DNA of 12,639 bases from a bacterium (GTDB taxonomy: Bacteria > Sysuimicrobiota > Sysuimicrobiia > Sysuimicrobiales > Kaftiobacteriaceae). Each line of letters begins with the position of its first letter. Position 1 is the first letter of the stretch. A model generated the notes under the pieces. It did no database searches. It was given only the letters and a program-made list of their open reading frames with translations, and had not been told where the DNA came from. The translations under genes were made by a program, and so were the position numbers. The stretch lies in NCBI GenBank assembly GCA_044868695.1, contig JBIOWP010000109.1, positions 1 through 12,639 of the forward strand. Reading direction: 5' to 3'. Below, one piece after another: positions 8,388 through 12,639 of the stretch.

Positions 8388-8440
8388 TGGTTCAATTTAA
8401 GATACCCACTACCCTCTTCTAGGTAGTGGGTCGTCTGAAT
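8383..8440. repeat. Cluster of three alternating copies of a GTAGTGG-core motif
   Basis: AGTAGTGGTTCA (8383-8394, +), ATACCCACTACC (8402-8413, -), GGTAGTGGGTCGTCTGAA (8422-8439, +). 8404-8413 and 8422-8431 form a perfect 10-bp inverted repeat. Confidence 0.75.
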
Positions 8441-9000
8441 GGACGGGCGGCTGGCTGCTCGGGGGCGGTCCCTCGCGTCGAGTCGGGCGGCTTCCGATTG
8501 GATGTGCAGGCCTCACGCTCCCTGGTGCGCTCGCCTGCCAAGATGCGACGGAACACGACGGCCTCTGCTGCTTTCCCCGCGACATACTTCGGTCGATCCC
8601 TACCTCACGGCCTGCCAGTGGGTGGTTGCCGCCCTCCAATCTCCGCTCGGGGCCGCCCCACTCGCCCGCCGCCCGGCCCGCTGGGCCGTCCCGAGCGTCT
8701 GCGAGGCACCTCCCGTGGGGCGGGTGGAAGGCTGCGGAGCGACGTGGCGGCGAGCTGTCGCCGCCGTGCGCGAGGGCCGCGTCGCGCAGGGCGGGGCCCC
8801 GCACGCAGCGTCACGCAGGGAGCACGATGCAGGATGGAGCGCGCGGTAGTGCGGGGGGGCCGGAGCAGCGTGCCCGGCCGTCGTGCCGGCCGGGTGAGCC
8901 CAGCCGATCGTGGCGGGCGAGCCCGAGCGCTACGCCCGGCGGGTGAGCCGCCCCGAGAGCGGAGCGGCCTTCCACTAGCCCAACAGATGACGGATGACAG

Positions 9001-9019
9001 TCCAGACTGAACCACTACT
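9001..9019 (-). repeat. Fourth copy of the GTAGTGG-core motif (inverted)
   Basis: TCCAGACTGAACCACTACT. 9008-9019 is the exact reverse complement of 8383-8394 (12/12). The reverse complement GTAGTGGTTCAGTCTGGA also aligns to GTAGTGGGTC-GTCTGAA at 8423. Confidence 0.75.
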
Positions 9020-9033
9020 CGACTGCCGGGTCC

Positions 9034-9061
9034 TTGACAACACTCGGGTCGGGTTTATAAT
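9034..9061 (+). promoter_or_regulatory. Consensus sigma70/SigA promoter (rRNA-type)
   Basis: TTGACA (9034-9039) - 16 bp - TATAAT (9056-9061). Perfect hexamers with the 16-bp spacer typical of rrn promoters. Confidence 0.92.
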
Positions 9062-9146
9062 GAGTGATGGTCTGTTAGACACGGGAGGGAACACGGATCT
9101 TCGGTACCTCTAGCGGCTAACTGAATACGTAGTGAAGATGAGCACC

Positions 9147-9175
9147 GAGGGGATGGCTGCTCATCCCCTCTTTTT
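9147..9175 (+). terminator. Intrinsic terminator-like hairpin in the 23S leader
   Basis: GAGGGGATG (9147-9155) / CATCCCCTC (9162-9170) perfect 9-bp stem, 6-nt loop, followed by TTTTT. Confidence 0.7.
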
Positions 9176-9200
9176 GTGTCTTGCAGATCTTCCACTGAAC

Positions 9201-9239
9201 TGTCCGGATCCCCCGGACATGCACCTTGACAACCGCAGA
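9201..9239 (+). promoter_or_regulatory. boxB-like hairpin plus boxA-like / processing-stalk sequence
   Basis: TGTCCGG/CCGGACA hairpin (9201-9219) directly followed by TGCACCTTGACAAC, resembling rrn boxA (TGCTCTTTAACAA). Confidence 0.55.
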
Positions 9240-9365
9240 GAGCCGGATCTCCGACGCTCCCGAGGCGTCCGAGATCATACCCCATCGCCGGATGGGGCCC
9301 GTCGTGCCTGGGTGTGCAGGCAGGAGGGGGCAATGCAGGCTCTAGACAGCTACTCCTAAAGTGGG

Positions 9366-11447
<2,082 letters not shown>

Positions 11448-12151
11448 AAGGACACCTTGCCCGTCGCGGGAGCGATCCCGCGAGCAAACCCGGCTCATAT
11501 CGGTGGAGCCCCGATGACCCAAATGGGTCAGGGTAATACCGAGGGAAGCTGCGGTAGAATCCTACCGTTAGCCCCGTAACGACTTCGGGACGGCAGTCCC
11601 GGGGCGGTGCCTTCTGGTGGTGACACCAAATCTACGGGCACCGCAATACGCCGGTATCTCGACAGGGGGAGCCTTAGGATGGATCTCGGAGCGTACCTCT
11701 CAGGCTACGCTGACGGCGAAGGATGCTTTTGCGTAACGTTCAATCGAAGCGCGCGGCATGCCTTCGGCTGGGATGTTCGGCCCAGTTTCTCCGTCAGCCA
11801 GAATCGCGAGCGCGCGGAGATTCTTGAGTTGTTCCAGACGAGGTTTGGGTGCGGAACCATCCGCCCCGATCGTTCCGATCGGACACTCAAGTACGAAGTG
11901 CGCAGCGTGCCGGAGCTGGTGGAAAGAGTCATCCCGCACTTCCGGTGTTACCCGATGCTGTCCGCCAAGAGCCGTGATTTCGAAATCTTCGCAGGTATCT
12001 GCGAGGAGATAAATCGCGGCGAGCACCTGACGGACGCAGGATTCAACCGGATTGCCGCGATGGCGGCCGAGATCAATCCGACAGGCAAGAAAAAATACCC
12101 TCGAATCGAGATAAAGGTATAGTCTACGCCCCTGGCGACAGGGAGAGCGTG
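11448..12151 (+). mobile_element. Group I intron (IA-like) at 23S position L1951, carrying a homing endonuclease gene
   Basis: Exon junction GTCGGGT|AAGTTCCGACC is interrupted: 5' exon ends in U, intron ends in G. P1 CGGGU/GCCCG with U-G at the splice site; P2 TCGCGGGA-GCGA-TCCCGCGA; P3 CCGGC(11490)/GCCGG(11650); P4 TCGGT(11500)/ACCGA(11538); P7 GACT(11581)/AGTC(12121); P7.1 and P7.2 hairpins; P8 TATCTCGA/TCGAGATA; P9 CCCTG-GCGA-CAGGG. Confidence 0.95.
11679..12122 (+). CDS. Single-motif LAGLIDADG homing endonuclease (147 aa)
   Basis: 'YLSGYADGEGCF' LAGLIDADG helix, 'PSFSVSQ', 'FGCGTI', 'VIPHF..YPMLSAKSRDF'. ATG 11679 preceded by GGGGGAG. Lies in the P8 loop. Confidence 0.95.
   Translation: MDLGAYLSGYADGEGCFCVTFNRSARHAFGWDVRPSFSVSQNRERAEILELFQTRFGCGTIRPDRSDRTLKYEVRSVPELVERVIPHFRCYPMLSAKSRDFEIFAGICEEINRGEHLTDAGFNRIAAMAAEINPTGKKKYPRIEIKV

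Positions 12152-12639
<488 letters not shown>

Noticed and set aside
8384..8412. Chromosomal dif site
   Set aside because: Similar size, but no match to the XerD arm TTATGTTAAAT or the XerC arm.
8426..9010. 194-aa ORF starting in repeat copy 3 and stopping in copy 4, plus overlapping ORFs
   Set aside because: Low-complexity R/G/A/P composition, no SD, no domain and no transposase motifs. The GTG and TGA come from the repeat motif itself, and very high GC explains the open frames.
9226..9260. Second promoter at TTGACA 9226-9231
   Set aside because: No -10-like hexamer at 16-18 bp; the TTGACA is better explained as part of the boxA-like motif.
11607..11678. Upstream GTG extension of the endonuclease ORF
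   Set aside because: It overlaps intron P7.2/P3/P8 structure. ATG 11679 has an SD and sits just before the LAGLIDADG motif, as is typical.
11448..12151. Insertion as an RNase III-excised intervening sequence (IVS) or an archaeal-type BHB intron
   Set aside because: Wrong location for a helix 25/45 IVS and no long terminal stem; the group I core and U/G splice boundaries are present.

Overview
High-GC bacterial window, all confident genes on the + strand. Positions 1-8387 hold a tightly packed run of small stress/detox/redox genes: partial OsmC-like, DinB, two VOC, two secreted hypotheticals, GNAT, two tandem ICMT/Ste14-type membrane methyltransferases, an FNO-like NADP oxidoreductase overlapping a Ddn-type F420-dependent reductase, msrA, a PaaI thioesterase and a large multi-TM M48 peptidase. 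A ~630 bp apparently non-coding segment (8383-9019) follows, bounded by four copies of a GTAGTGG-core inverted motif. Then comes a perfect TTGACA-N16-TATAAT promoter and a structured leader with a terminator, leading to a 23S rRNA gene with no 16S upstream (unlinked rrn). The 23S is interrupted after E. coli-equivalent U1951 by a 704-nt group I (IA-like) intron whose P8 loop carries an apparently intact single-motif LAGLIDADG homing endonuclease, and it runs off the window end. All family calls are by motif recognition by eye; no searches or folding programs were run.
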